Positions 36,980 to 64,000 of a stretch of 64,000 nucleotides of DNA are shown piece after piece. The stretch is from Lingula anatina (Eukaryota; Animalia; Brachiopoda). The translations under genes and the position numbers were made by a program. The notes under the pieces are model-generated. The model was not told where the DNA came from. It ran no database searches and saw only the letters and a list, made by a program, of their open reading frames with translations. Location of the stretch: contig CM120640.1 in assembly GCA_051362555.1 (NCBI GenBank), positions 42,882,788 through 42,946,787 on the forward strand. The letters are read 5' to 3'. How positions within the stretch are numbered: the first letter of the stretch is position 1; each line of letters starts with the position of its first letter.

Positions 36980-39020
36980 ATGTATCAAAAGATCAACCCA
37001 TATAGCATTACCTGCCTCTTTAAACTATCATTTGATGATTATGCTACACAGACTCTGAAACTAGCTGACGACGATGACCAGTCATTACATGACAAAAACT
37101 GTGCTGAATGTTGTTTGGATTCTTTGCGAAGAAATGATGTAAAATTGGAAAGCACTTGGAATTTAGTAAACAGCACAGGCTATATGGTGCGTAAAGAGAT
37201 TATGAAAGTTTGAAGGCTTGTCTCTATCCATTTCAGCATTTGGTGTTACTTTTGTAGCATTTTTATATTCATAAAATACATATACAATATAGATAACAGC
37301 TTGAAAGCTTATTATTTTAAAATACTTATTAATATTGTTTTCATAAATTAATACAAAATTACTTTTTACTTTTTGGAATTTTTAACAAAGTTAATCACTT
37401 CATTTATGACATGCATTCAATTAATATAAATAATACTCTCATGTTTGAATTGCCAGTTTACCCTGCAATGTCTCTATTACAGGACATTTCAGGTTGGAGC
37501 GTGTGCAATCACAGACATTTACCCAGAGTAAATACATGGAGGATTTATTCATACAGTGACCCCCAAACTGATTGCGACCAGAAATTTAGGAGGTCTATAG
37601 CCAAGAAATTTGATTCCAGCTCCAAGTCATCATCCAGGTCTGGAAGTGCACGGTCCCTAAATGGTTCTTTTGGCAGAAAGAATCCAATTGTTCCCCCTAG
37701 CACCCCTGTAGACTATGAATTTCACCATTATAGAAATCCAAGACAGTACATAGCACAGTATAGGAGGTAATACTTCACATTTATTTCACTGTATATTGTC
37801 CGTTTTTATTTAAAAGAGAAAAAAAGAAACCAAGAAAAATGTATTTTGTTTCAAAAAATTAGTAAACCTTGTTAAATAGTGGTATCTCAAGAAGTTTTAC
37901 TATCTTGAATGTTTCCATAGGGAAAATTATACATCAAAACAGAAAAACAGACAGCCTCTGCCAGGATTTTCTGTCAGCCATCACAGACAGATATCAAAGG
38001 CAGGACTGAAGTGTATTGATGTCCGTCATGGTGCAACCATTCAACCATGCTATCATAGGGTGTCCAACTCTTGGGTGCTAAATTACAGAAACTCGGCGAT
38101 GAAAAAAGACAAGAAGGTTGGTAATTCTGTAGCACTCATTTGCAATAAACATGAAATAATAAGGATAGCATGAATGTTGCCATACACAAATACTGCTAAC
38201 ATGTATTGTTATATTAAATGACAAATTTATTATCCAAATTGCAACAGCTGATAAGTTTTTGTTTATTCTTTTTTTAATAGTTGCATTGATGTACATGTCA
38301 GAAAAATTATCTTGACCTTATTTTATTTGTCATTATTAGAGTCAAACAGCAACATCAGAGAGTGTCACATCTGCTTCTGGCACAAGTAGTCATGATATCC
38401 AGTTCCTAATTCAAAACAAAATGACCTGTCCAAAGTCACCATCCTCTCAAACAATACAGTCCTGTTCTGTGCCAGATATTTCAGCTACACTATTAGATAA
38501 GGTGACATCAACTGATAAGGCAGTGCCAACTGATAAAGAGGTGCAAAATTGCCATTTGAAGAGGAAACCGAGCCCTGTGATCAGGAGAAGCAGACCTACT
38601 ATTCCAAGCAATGCAAATGGCACAGTTTGCCAGTCTGCTATTGAGACTCCCATATACATACTGCCAAGTAAGCAATTTAATATTTCACTTTTCCAGTAGG
38701 AGTAGGTTAAGAAAGTGCCATTTTAAAATATAGTTGAATGACGGGTTCAGATAACTAAAAGATCACTTTTTGATATTTTGCTGCCGTTAATGTAGGGGAT
38801 ATTGTATCTAAAGACAAAATTTGTGAAAAATGAAAAAAAAAATAAAAAATTCAAACAGTCTGAATGTAAACAGTAGAAATGATGAACATTTATGTACTTT
38901 ATTTGTTCATTTTTCAGGCACAAAAGTGAATATTTATCTACTTTATTTGTTTATTTTTCAGGCACAAAATCACCAAGGATTCATAAAGACGGGAATAAAG
39001 ATTCAATAAAGAAGAAATAA
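36980..39020 (+). CDS. Uncharacterised Ser/Arg/Pro-rich protein; exons 36980-37186, 37483-37766, 37921-38116, 38340-38667, 38962-39020
   Basis: Five GT-AG-bounded exons chain in consistent phase (0,2,0,1) without stops; head-to-head with Pur-alpha; no domain recognised. Start codon uncertain. Confidence 0.6.
38883..38970 (+). repeat. 44-bp tandem duplication containing the last splice acceptor of the orphan gene
   Basis: tgaacatttatgtactttatttgttcatttttcaggcacaaaag followed by tgaatatttatctactttatttgtttatttttcaggcacaaaat. Confidence 0.9.
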
Positions 39021-40742
39021 AGCATATGGAAAAAGAAAAATTGTAACAAAGATGGTATCTGACAGGCAAGGTTGCAACATTTCTAGGATGGAGTAATCAG
39101 AATTTCTTTAACATCTTTTGTAGATGTACTCAACCTATTCTAAAACTGCATTTATCAAAATAATATGATATGATAAAAATAATAAGACTTGCCTTTGTGA
39201 TCACAATTTGAGTATTCTTATTTTGTTTATATTAAACATGTGAAACTATCTTTGAATATGTTAAAATTCAGATGAATATAATCACGTATATTTTGACTTA
39301 GTGATCATACAGTTTCATAAATGTTTATCAAAATGTAAAAGTGTGACAGCTTTGAGTAAAATGTATATATATATTGCTATAAAAATATTACAAAAATCTG
39401 AAATATCTAATTAGCATGTAAACAAAACATTTATGATACAATAATTAACATGATCTGCTTTTGTACATGTATAATGCAATATAAAATGTGCAATGTATAA
39501 GCTTTAATAACCCAAAAGTTTAAAAATAAAGAAGGGAAGATGATTCTCTATTTTCAACACAGATATATTCTGTAAAATAGTTTTTCTTTCAAAAATCTGA
39601 CTGGATGGAATAAGAAACATAAGCAATTACTGAGAAGCTCAACTTAATGCCCAAGTATAATAACTAAATAATAAGAAGTTTACATCATTTTGATCTTTCA
39701 TATACAAGAACTTGTAACTTATAAATATTTGAACTATGATGGTACACCAACATCAACCAGCCCTTTAAATGTCTCTGGGAAGACAAAGAGGACATTGCTC
39801 TCAGAGAAAAATATGCAGTCATAATTTCTGTATTGAAAACTGAAAGTACCAATCAAAGTCTACTTAAGTACATGCAATGGGGTTTTTATCGTAAATTTAG
39901 TACCAAAAAGGTATAAGTTTTGTGCCTCTAGTTTTACTAGCATCAAGGCTATGAGACTCTGCCCTTTGCTTGCGAAGATGATACATATGCACTGCACAAT
40001 GAATGACAGTTACTTTATTTTTTAGGGGAAAATCATCTTTTCACTATAATAACTATGACATAACATTCTACAAGCTTATAAATTATATTTCCTCTAAAAC
40101 ATGCTCTAAACAATTGATCAAATGAACACAACTGATGACAAATATGACTGACAGATAAGTGGATCAATATAGCACCAGTCAATGTAGTGGACTGCGCAAA
40201 TAACACATTGCAAAATTTGGAAACCCCTCTTTTGGTTTCCTCAAGTTAGCAAGCCTATTCACTGGCCTCTCTCTGCTAAAGGGCTGTTTAGATATTAAAA
40301 TGCCCAAGAACATCAGAGCAAACCACGCAACTAAGGTTTTAATATGATATTTGTAGAAGATCCAGGCAGAGGTCATCCGCACACATAGGTAGGAGCATAC
40401 ACTAGAGGTCCATATGTCACATCCATCACCAAGCTCAACTCTGCTTGCCTTGATATCACTTGGAGCAATGTCTGGATGCACATACCCTGGCCATTGTGAT
40501 GATAATTCCTGGCTCCAGAAAACACCCCATTATTCCTCCGGGAGTCCCTATTGGGCAAGTTCACATTTATGTCTCGATGCATTTCACTCAAGTATAGTGT
40601 TTATTTTTGTATAATTTTTAACTTTGTTTCTCAACATGTTAAAACATATCAGCTGTTCTATCCTAGTTGCATTTTCTTTCTGCATGCTTCAGAACATGTA
40701 GGAAAACAATTACAGTTCAAAGAACTTGTACCTGTCCTGATT

Positions 40743-55607
<14,865 letters not shown>

Positions 55608-55816
55608 AACTTAAAAGTGCTTTACATGAAGTTCTTGGCAACAAGTAATGTCTCCGCATAAAATACATCGCTTTCCAGAATTACAAACTACAAGAAATGA
55701 GGTAAGGATACAGTCAATCTCCTCGAACACTCGCTTCTTACCGCCATTGTTGTTTGAATGAGCATTTGAGTTTAGTCAGCCAGGTGGCAGCAGGTGCTTT
55801 CCCACAATCCACGGAA

Positions 55817-55855
55817 CTTCCTTTTTTCTGCCATCTTGGATTGCTGTGCCACAGT
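55817..55855 (+). promoter_or_regulatory. RPL32: RPL32 TCT initiator / 5'TOP tract and non-coding exon 1
   Basis: cttccttttttct pyrimidine tract, YY1-like gccatctt, donor acagt|gtaagt at 55855. Confidence 0.8.
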
Positions 55856-56191
55856 GTAAGTGGATAGACTGTTTGAATCGGCAACAATCACGTTTATGAG
55901 CAAACATCCCGCCATCTGATTGTCTTGAAATAAAGCAGTGATAATGAAATTAATACTTTACCTGATTGGTTTTTCAAACTCACTCACTGAGTGTTGATAT
56001 TTGGTTTATTTTCGTAATGGTGCCCCATGGGCTCTGGGAACTAATGTGCATCTTAGCCAAAAATATATCACCATTTACAGACATGTCATTGTGCCTTAAT
56101 ATGTTTGACTTCAAAATGCTGCATGTCACTACATACAATGTTATCCCCAATATTCTTTGGATACTTAATCAGTGAGTGTATGATCTATTTA

Positions 56192-56332
56192 TACTGTGAA
56201 TACCTTGTATGAAGCTCTCGTTTGGAATTCGCAAGGCTTGCAGTGTGTTTATGTTGGCAGTGCATAAAATTGACAGATATTCATATGATTTAAGGCATTA
56301 GATTTAAAATTTTAACACGGCTGTCAACATTT
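56192..56332 (+). ncRNA. Candidate box H/ACA snoRNA in RPL32 intron 1
   Basis: Hairpin (tactgt/gcagtg), H box ATAAAA (56264-56269), hairpin (tgacag/ctgtca), then ACA+ttt (56327-56332); ~140 nt; ribosomal-protein introns are typical snoRNA hosts. Confidence 0.45.
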
Positions 56333-56662
56333 GTTTACTTATTGATTATTGAACTTGGAGTTGAAGCCGAAAATAGAATGACAGTCTTGCAGCTTTTTAA
56401 AGACTGATATTGATGTTAAGCCTTAACTTAAGGGTGATTTTTGGTGTTTATTAGTAAAGAGGGGGGGTCTCACATATGCTGGACAAAGTCATCCTAATCG
56501 AAATTGCACAGCATAATTTGAATGACTTTTGCTAAATTTGCTTTTCGGTATGTCACCAGTCTTCTATAATACACTTGCATTTTGATTAGCCCAAAATACA
56601 AACTACCAAATAATTAAGAGTTATAGAACTCTCAACAGTGGAAGGCACTGGAGTTATTTTAA

Positions 56663-57794
<1,132 letters not shown>

Positions 57795-58169
57795 AAATAC
57801 ACCTGATATAAGACTTCAAATAAAGTGGACCACAGCTACTTTACATTTAAAAAAAACTCGGCAAAATGTGAATGAATAAAAAAAAAGTATACAAGATACA
57901 AGTTTTTTGTTGCTGCCTTTGGGTAGGGGGATTAGCACTATTACAAGTTAGCATAAATGTTGGGCTTGTTCCATTTGAGAAATCTTCATTTTAACTGGGA
58001 AGATTGTCAAACTGGGACTGGGCTCAAACATAGCACTGAGCAGGTGTAATTTTTCAAAAGATTATCTTCTTTTAGTGCATTTTCTTACCCAATCCAGTCA
58101 CTGACACAACCTGTATGTGTTTTTAGCAACAATTCATCCTTGCAAATTTTGTGAAATGGTGAGGTATAT

Positions 58170-58387
58170 GGTGTGTCATTCCACAAAAAAGTAAACACTT
58201 TGTGCTATATTTACATTCTTTTAACAAACCCCAATTTTTTTTTCATCATTTTACATTATAGCACCCTTGATAAAGAAATCTACAATAATTAAAGACTAAT
58301 ATATATCTGCAGCAATTTGACTAATATAAAATTAGTTTTACAGAAGAAATCACTGTTGTTAGTGTTCATTTTTTGTGGTATGACCCC
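58170..58387. mobile_element. MITE (~220 bp) with ~27-bp terminal inverted repeats
   Basis: gtgtcattccacaaaaaagtaaacact versus agtgttcattttttgtggtatgaccc; AT-rich interior; TA-rich flanks. Confidence 0.65.
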
Positions 58388-61191
58388 TTTATAATCGATT
58401 TGGCTAGAATGGTCACCTCACTTTTGCCTTTGGTCAGAAAACTTCCCACCCCTTTCTCAACAATTGAAAGTGCCAAAGTGATCTTGTACTCTTGACCACC
58501 TAAATCTTTATTAGTTTTAATTAAAATAAAACGCTGCTGGGTGTCAGTCCTTCATGCTTAAATGATATTTGAAAGACCAAGAAGCAAACAAGTTTCTGGC
58601 TAAGAATTTATTGATAATATATTACTTTTCTGCCAGAGGACAATTTTAAATACTCAACATGGAACTTCTGTATTACAGTGAAGAAAGCATTGGTGATTGC
58701 CACTATAAAGAGAACACTCATCTTGGCTTGCTACTCCACATGCTGCTAACAAGTCTAATTACATTTTTATACATAAAATTATTACAGAAATTGGCACCAT
58801 TTCTTCAAACAAAAATCCTATACAACAGAGTAGAGATACATAAACAAGGAACTCTGTCAACTCCTTGTACATAGAACAAATTGCCAGTCTGGATGCACAA
58901 CTGATTAACAAGGACTACAGCATGCAAAAAGAAAAATAACCACATTTTTCTTATTTGATTCCACCCTTATTTCCAATAATTGACTGAACATATTCCTTTT
59001 CCATAAAAATCCTTCAAGACAAAAGGTCCAAATAAGAAGTGCATTGAATATCTGGCCAAATATGCTGAAACTGCCACAGGATAGGATTCACAATGAGATG
59101 ATTCTGAAACTGGGTGCATTCAACATGAAATGAGTCTTTAATATCACAAATCCATACCTATCTTACATCAGCAATTCAGAAAATTTATTACAATGGAAAC
59201 ATTGGTAATTTATTAATTAAAATTGTGTTTGCAAAATGTTTATCTTATTTTGCCATGTCCTGCATAGCTCAAAACAACAAAAAAACATCTTCACGTCTTG
59301 TTCCCTCTGTAGAGTCAAATTGTGATAAAGTAATACAAAAAATGTTAAGGTCCATTGCCAAAAACCCTATTTCTTAAAACTTTGGACCTGAAGCTTGACA
59401 CCAATTTTTCAAGCTATCAACAAAGATTTTGACTTTCCAATAAAGAAACATTGCACAAGATTATAAATTCATTTTAGAAAAAAATACACTATTCCATCTT
59501 CCAATTTAACTATTTTGATAAAAATGTATAAGTTGGAAAAAATCTGTATCCACCAATGCGTTTGATTTCATTTAAAAGGGCTATTTTGGGAGGATTGTGG
59601 TTGCAAGGCATAGAACTTTACCAGTACTCTTAGCGAAGGATCCTCCTCTCATGAAGTCACAGCCTGGTCAGGCCACACAACATATAACAATCAAAGCTAA
59701 TATGTTCAACAACTGACTGCTATCTAAGCATAACAAATTACAGGACCTTTATCAGAGACCCCCACACTTGTGGTTGGGAACAGAACTATACACAATTATG
59801 TATCAAAATATCTCCTTCAGCCAAATAAAAAAATTAAGTATAACATCATTAGATTGTATCATACAATGTAATAATATTCTAGGGATAGCATGTCATGATC
59901 TTTACAAATTAGTCTTATACAATACAGCAAACGTGTACTGGCTTCAGTAGAATTACTACATTTGGCTTGTTCAAGTCTGATGGACTAAAAACAGTGCATA
60001 CATTTGTGTGTGCCCACACCTACATAAGGCTGCAATATTGCCTGGTTCTTCTATTTGACAGCATAAGGCAGACCACAATGTCAAAATGTGGAACTGAAAA
60101 TGACATTCTAATTGTTGCTTTTGAAGAATGGCCATGTCAGATAGTCCAATATGCCAGAGTCATGGATGACCATCAACACTGCTTCAGAGGACCTCTGTAT
60201 CCTAGTCTACTGGTGTATGATATCTGCCATTTCCAGGTTGTCCATCTCCTTCTGACTCAAGCATGGCTGATATTCTACGAGACCTTTTAACAACCACATA
60301 TATTTGCGCAATCGTCTATCTCGCTTCCACATAATTAAATGTGTGAAAGGAGTTCAACAGCCCCTGCATTAATTACATCCAAATATTTTCAATTTCACTT
60401 TCCATCCTCCTTTAATCTCCATAGGACATCACTTCCATGATTATTGTGTACCTATCGTTCTTTCATTGAGCTCCGTATTCCCTGTATTGAAAATCCTGTA
60501 TCTAAAAGCACACCCTGTGTTATATGCTGGAGCGCCCACCTTTCTGTGGTGCACTAAGACTCCCTCTCTTTATAAACAACAATGTTCTTAGTCTGTTCCA
60601 CGTATCACTTTTTATAAATATTAAGTGTACACATTCAAAACTGTGCCACCAGTAACAAAGCACCTTACCCTTGTACCCTTGATGATCAGCAATTGCTTCA
60701 GCATGTATTAGCTTTCCATAATTCAGTACATCGTCCTACTATATCAAGTCACTACTGACCAGATTATCAGTGGCTTTCACAAGTCAGGTAACACTGCTTT
60801 GGCCAAGCCTTTTAATTAAAAGGACAACATATAAATTATCTTTTCCGTCCACATAAGAGCTTGGTGTATGTGTTTTCTTGGATCTTTCACAAGTCTACGC
60901 TGATTGACCATTCCAACACAGCAATGAAACTGGACTATTAGGGCTATTCACATGAATGTGACATTAAGACAAGCATGTCAAAGTTCTGTACCAGTCTGTG
61001 TGTCAGTTCCTCACACAACTGCCCCTTGCTTGTTTCTGTGTTGCAGCAGATGCAATGGTACCAACTGCACCAACTGAAATGTTTTTCATGTAGAGAAATT
61101 GCTCCTGCCCTGGTATTAGCACTGGCAGCAGGTAAATTAAGTACTACACTTAAGTACTTCATGACAGGGTCCATCTCCACCTGGACACACC

Positions 61192-62895
61192 TCACATTTG
61201 GCAGTATGGTCCCTGGACCTTCAGATACTGAAATACACATAAATTATTATTATTATTTGGAAAACAACCCAAAATTATTCAAATCAAAGATTGTAGCTCA
61301 GTTAAGAAGGATATATCACATCTTTTTTATTATTCTTGACATAAACATGTCACATTCAGATCACAATTATGTTACCTCTGAATATAACAATTCCATTACA
61401 TTAACATTGCTGACATGATGTTTGACTGAAATTGCCATGTCACCTAATATTCTTATAGTTCTAGATCTTTTACTAACACCATGTGATCTGCATGACATGG
61501 GTATGCTATCCTTGTACTATCATTGTACAAGACCTGGTTTCTTTTTCAAAAATATTTCCCCCAACCTGTATGACCAGTGAAGGTCCTCCTTGCACAATCT
61601 CTGGAGGTATTTCTGCCAGCGGACAATTCTCTATGCTCATGATCTGCAGGTTGGTGCAGAGGGCCAGCTCAAACGGCAGACTGTTCAGGTTGGAATTGTC
61701 ATTGATGTACAGTGAGTGCAAGTTTTCTAGAGTTCCAATCTCTGGAGGGAGACTTTTCAAGTTGTTTTCCCCGACACTCAGGTATTCAAGATTCTGCAAG
61801 TGGCTGAGGGAGAAAAAGGAGAGGATTTAATGAGAATGAGATCTTTGCAGTGCTTTAATGAGATCTTTGCAGTGCTTTACTGTCTTCAATATTATTTTTT
61901 AAATAACAGACAGGAAAGAATTATCTTTAAAAATCATGAATATTGTCACTTTGCTCTCGAAATCACTTGAGAGTATCACTTATTTCCACACATGATCTAT
62001 GATGATGCCACATTTAGCTTACACTGCATGCTTACCCTACTGCTCTTGGTAAATTTGTCAACTGATTGGATTGCACTACAAGCTTAGTCAGCTCCCTCAA
62101 AAAACCTGTAAATTCAAGAATACATAAATTACACATATGCAAAAAAAAAAAAAAAAAGAAACAACTTTAGAATTGCAACAATCAAGCATTTTTAAAAACA
62201 AAATGGTGTGTGTGTGTCAACATATAAAGGTGTTTACCGATCTCTTGCGGCAAGGATTCCAGTTTATTTTCTTCCAGATCTAAGACCCGTAGTTTCTTCA
62301 AATTGCCCATGCTACTTGGAAGCCTCTGAAAAAAGCAAAGAATATTTATCAATTACAGTACACTACGTTGTTAGTTAGACAGCTGACATTCAAAGGGCAA
62401 TCAAGTTTTACATAGCAGTTTTTGTTAACTCAAGAGGTCATAATTGTCAGCACTGAATATTATGACTCTTAATAATTTGTTCTTTGTTTGTTTTTATTTA
62501 TATTTTATTTTATGGGTGCAGTCAGCACATTTTAAGTGTCCAGTTATAAGCTGGTGCTGTTTCCCTGAATATTTCTTTGTTGGGTTACATCAGGAATATT
62601 TCTCATGATAGGAGGGTGGTTGGAGCTGCAATTCACATACATGAGTTTGTTGTTGGGTTTTCTGTACAGCTGGTGTATCCACATTTTCATATTTTTATCA
62701 TTATACTTTTTTTAAGTAATTTTACATGAATAGATGGCATCTTTCTGTGTAGGGATATAAAGTTACTTACTCTCAGCAAATTGTTGCTCAATATAAGCAC
62801 CTCTAAATTTTGTAGATTCTGTATGTCCTCATGAATTTTGGTCAACTGGTTAGTGCCCAGGTTCAGCTCCACCATGTTCACCCATGTGCCGATGT
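61192..62895 (-). CDS. SHOC2: Leucine-rich repeat protein SHOC2/SOC-2/SUR-8, 3' portion; exons 62895-62771, 62325-62238, 62105-62036, 61803-61566, 61227-61192 (5' part beyond window)
   Basis: [82 protein letters not shown]-stop. Confidence 0.93.
61836..61879. repeat. 22-bp perfect tandem duplication in SHOC2 intron
   Basis: aatgagatctttgcagtgcttt x2. Confidence 0.9.
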
Positions 62896-64000
62896 CTGGA
62901 AAGAAAGACAGATGTGCCTGTTTATGTCCTTTTTTTTTTTTGGAATTCCTTCAGGACCACTGATGATTACAATCAAGTTCAATTCTCAGAATTTGTGAAT
63001 GTCTACAAACACTGCCAAGAATTATTTACATTCCCAGTTTCTTGTTATAAAAGGAAAAAAAACAGCTCACTTAAACACACATGGGTATTTATTATCAGAC
63101 CTTTTTATACATTACAATCAAGAAAGTACCATAACCTTGTAATTCAAGGCACTTTGTAAACAGGTGACTGACCTAGAATCGTGTCAAATTAAAATTTCCA
63201 GGTAAGCCATCTTCTAAATGAGGGATGTCAATGAAAGTTTGATGTCAACAAACTACTTTCTTCCTAGCTAGTCACTGTTGTGGTAATAACATAATAACAT
63301 GGGATGGGCGATTTGCAGTTTCATTCAATGGTTTGACAATTGGCATTTTCACGATCGATTTTTTCAGCGAATCACTGTAATGTGTCGCTTTCATGCACGC
63401 CATCCTGCATAACAAGGTTTCTGTTTTCATTCCAAATCCAGGATGTGTCTGAGACATGCAATAATACATAGGTTTTCAATTCAAATATTAATTTTTTTTA
63501 TATCAGCATGACAGCTGATGACACAAATAGGACTAGAAATATGTTACAGGCTCAAACATCTTCTAACGGAGGTAAAAACAGAACATTTTAAAGATGCATA
63601 TGAAGTCAATTTTTTTTTTTCCACAAAAGCCAACCAAATGCCAGCATATAGTTTCAAGTAGTATAACTAAGAGAATTACCAAAAGGCGTTGTTTAATTTT
63701 TACCCAAAAATGATGTATGAATGGATTTTTCTGCTAGCATTTTATCCTGTATATCAATGGAGCAGAAAAGTAGGTCATGTAAGTAGGTTAAATTTCTGAC
63801 TAAAAATTTAAAGGGGCAGTATAAAGCTCTTTTATGTCTGATCCAGTGATTTATTCAGTTTATCCCTTGGCATTTCAAATTTATTTGTGATATATAAGAA
63901 ATGGTAGAAGTGGTTGATACATGTAACTGGGAATCCATGCTCCACTGATGCTCAGTTCATTTGTACCTTTAAACCTTCCTTATTATAGTGATTTTTAGAG

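Noticed and set aside
56014-56140. Second two-hairpin structure ending in ACA in RPL32 intron 1
   Set aside because: Good first stem (gtaatggtg/caccatttac) but no ANANNA H box in the hinge; left as a weak possibility.
61192-61206. SHOC2 C-terminus YCQM as a prenylation signal
   Set aside because: Cys is third from the end, not fourth, so it is not a CaaX box.

Overview
AT-rich, intron-rich animal DNA, lophotrochozoan and most likely molluscan (it carries an Aplysia-type urotensin-II-like neuropeptide gene). I hand-spliced nine protein-coding genes: a urotensin-II/somatostatin-related peptide precursor (-) apparently nested in intron 1 of SPRYD3 (+); VPS26 (-); the SNF/U1A/U2B''-family gene (+); Pur-alpha (-); an orphan Ser/Arg/Pro-rich gene (+); a 21-exon, ~2084-aa CRAL-TRIO/spectrin-repeat/long-linker/actin fusion gene (-); RPL32 (+); and the 3' part of SHOC2 (-). 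Top observations: (1) three U1 stem-loop-II-like hairpins (C-AUUGCAC-N3/4-G) plus a U1-complementary site downstream of the SNF stop codon, suggesting an invertebrate autoregulatory circuit built differently from the vertebrate PIE; (2) an in-frame fusion of a lipid-binding/spectrin scaffold to a complete divergent actin fold; (3) two duplicated 107-nt mutually exclusive exons in VPS26. All gene models come from reading the sequence by hand; no searches or folding programs were run.
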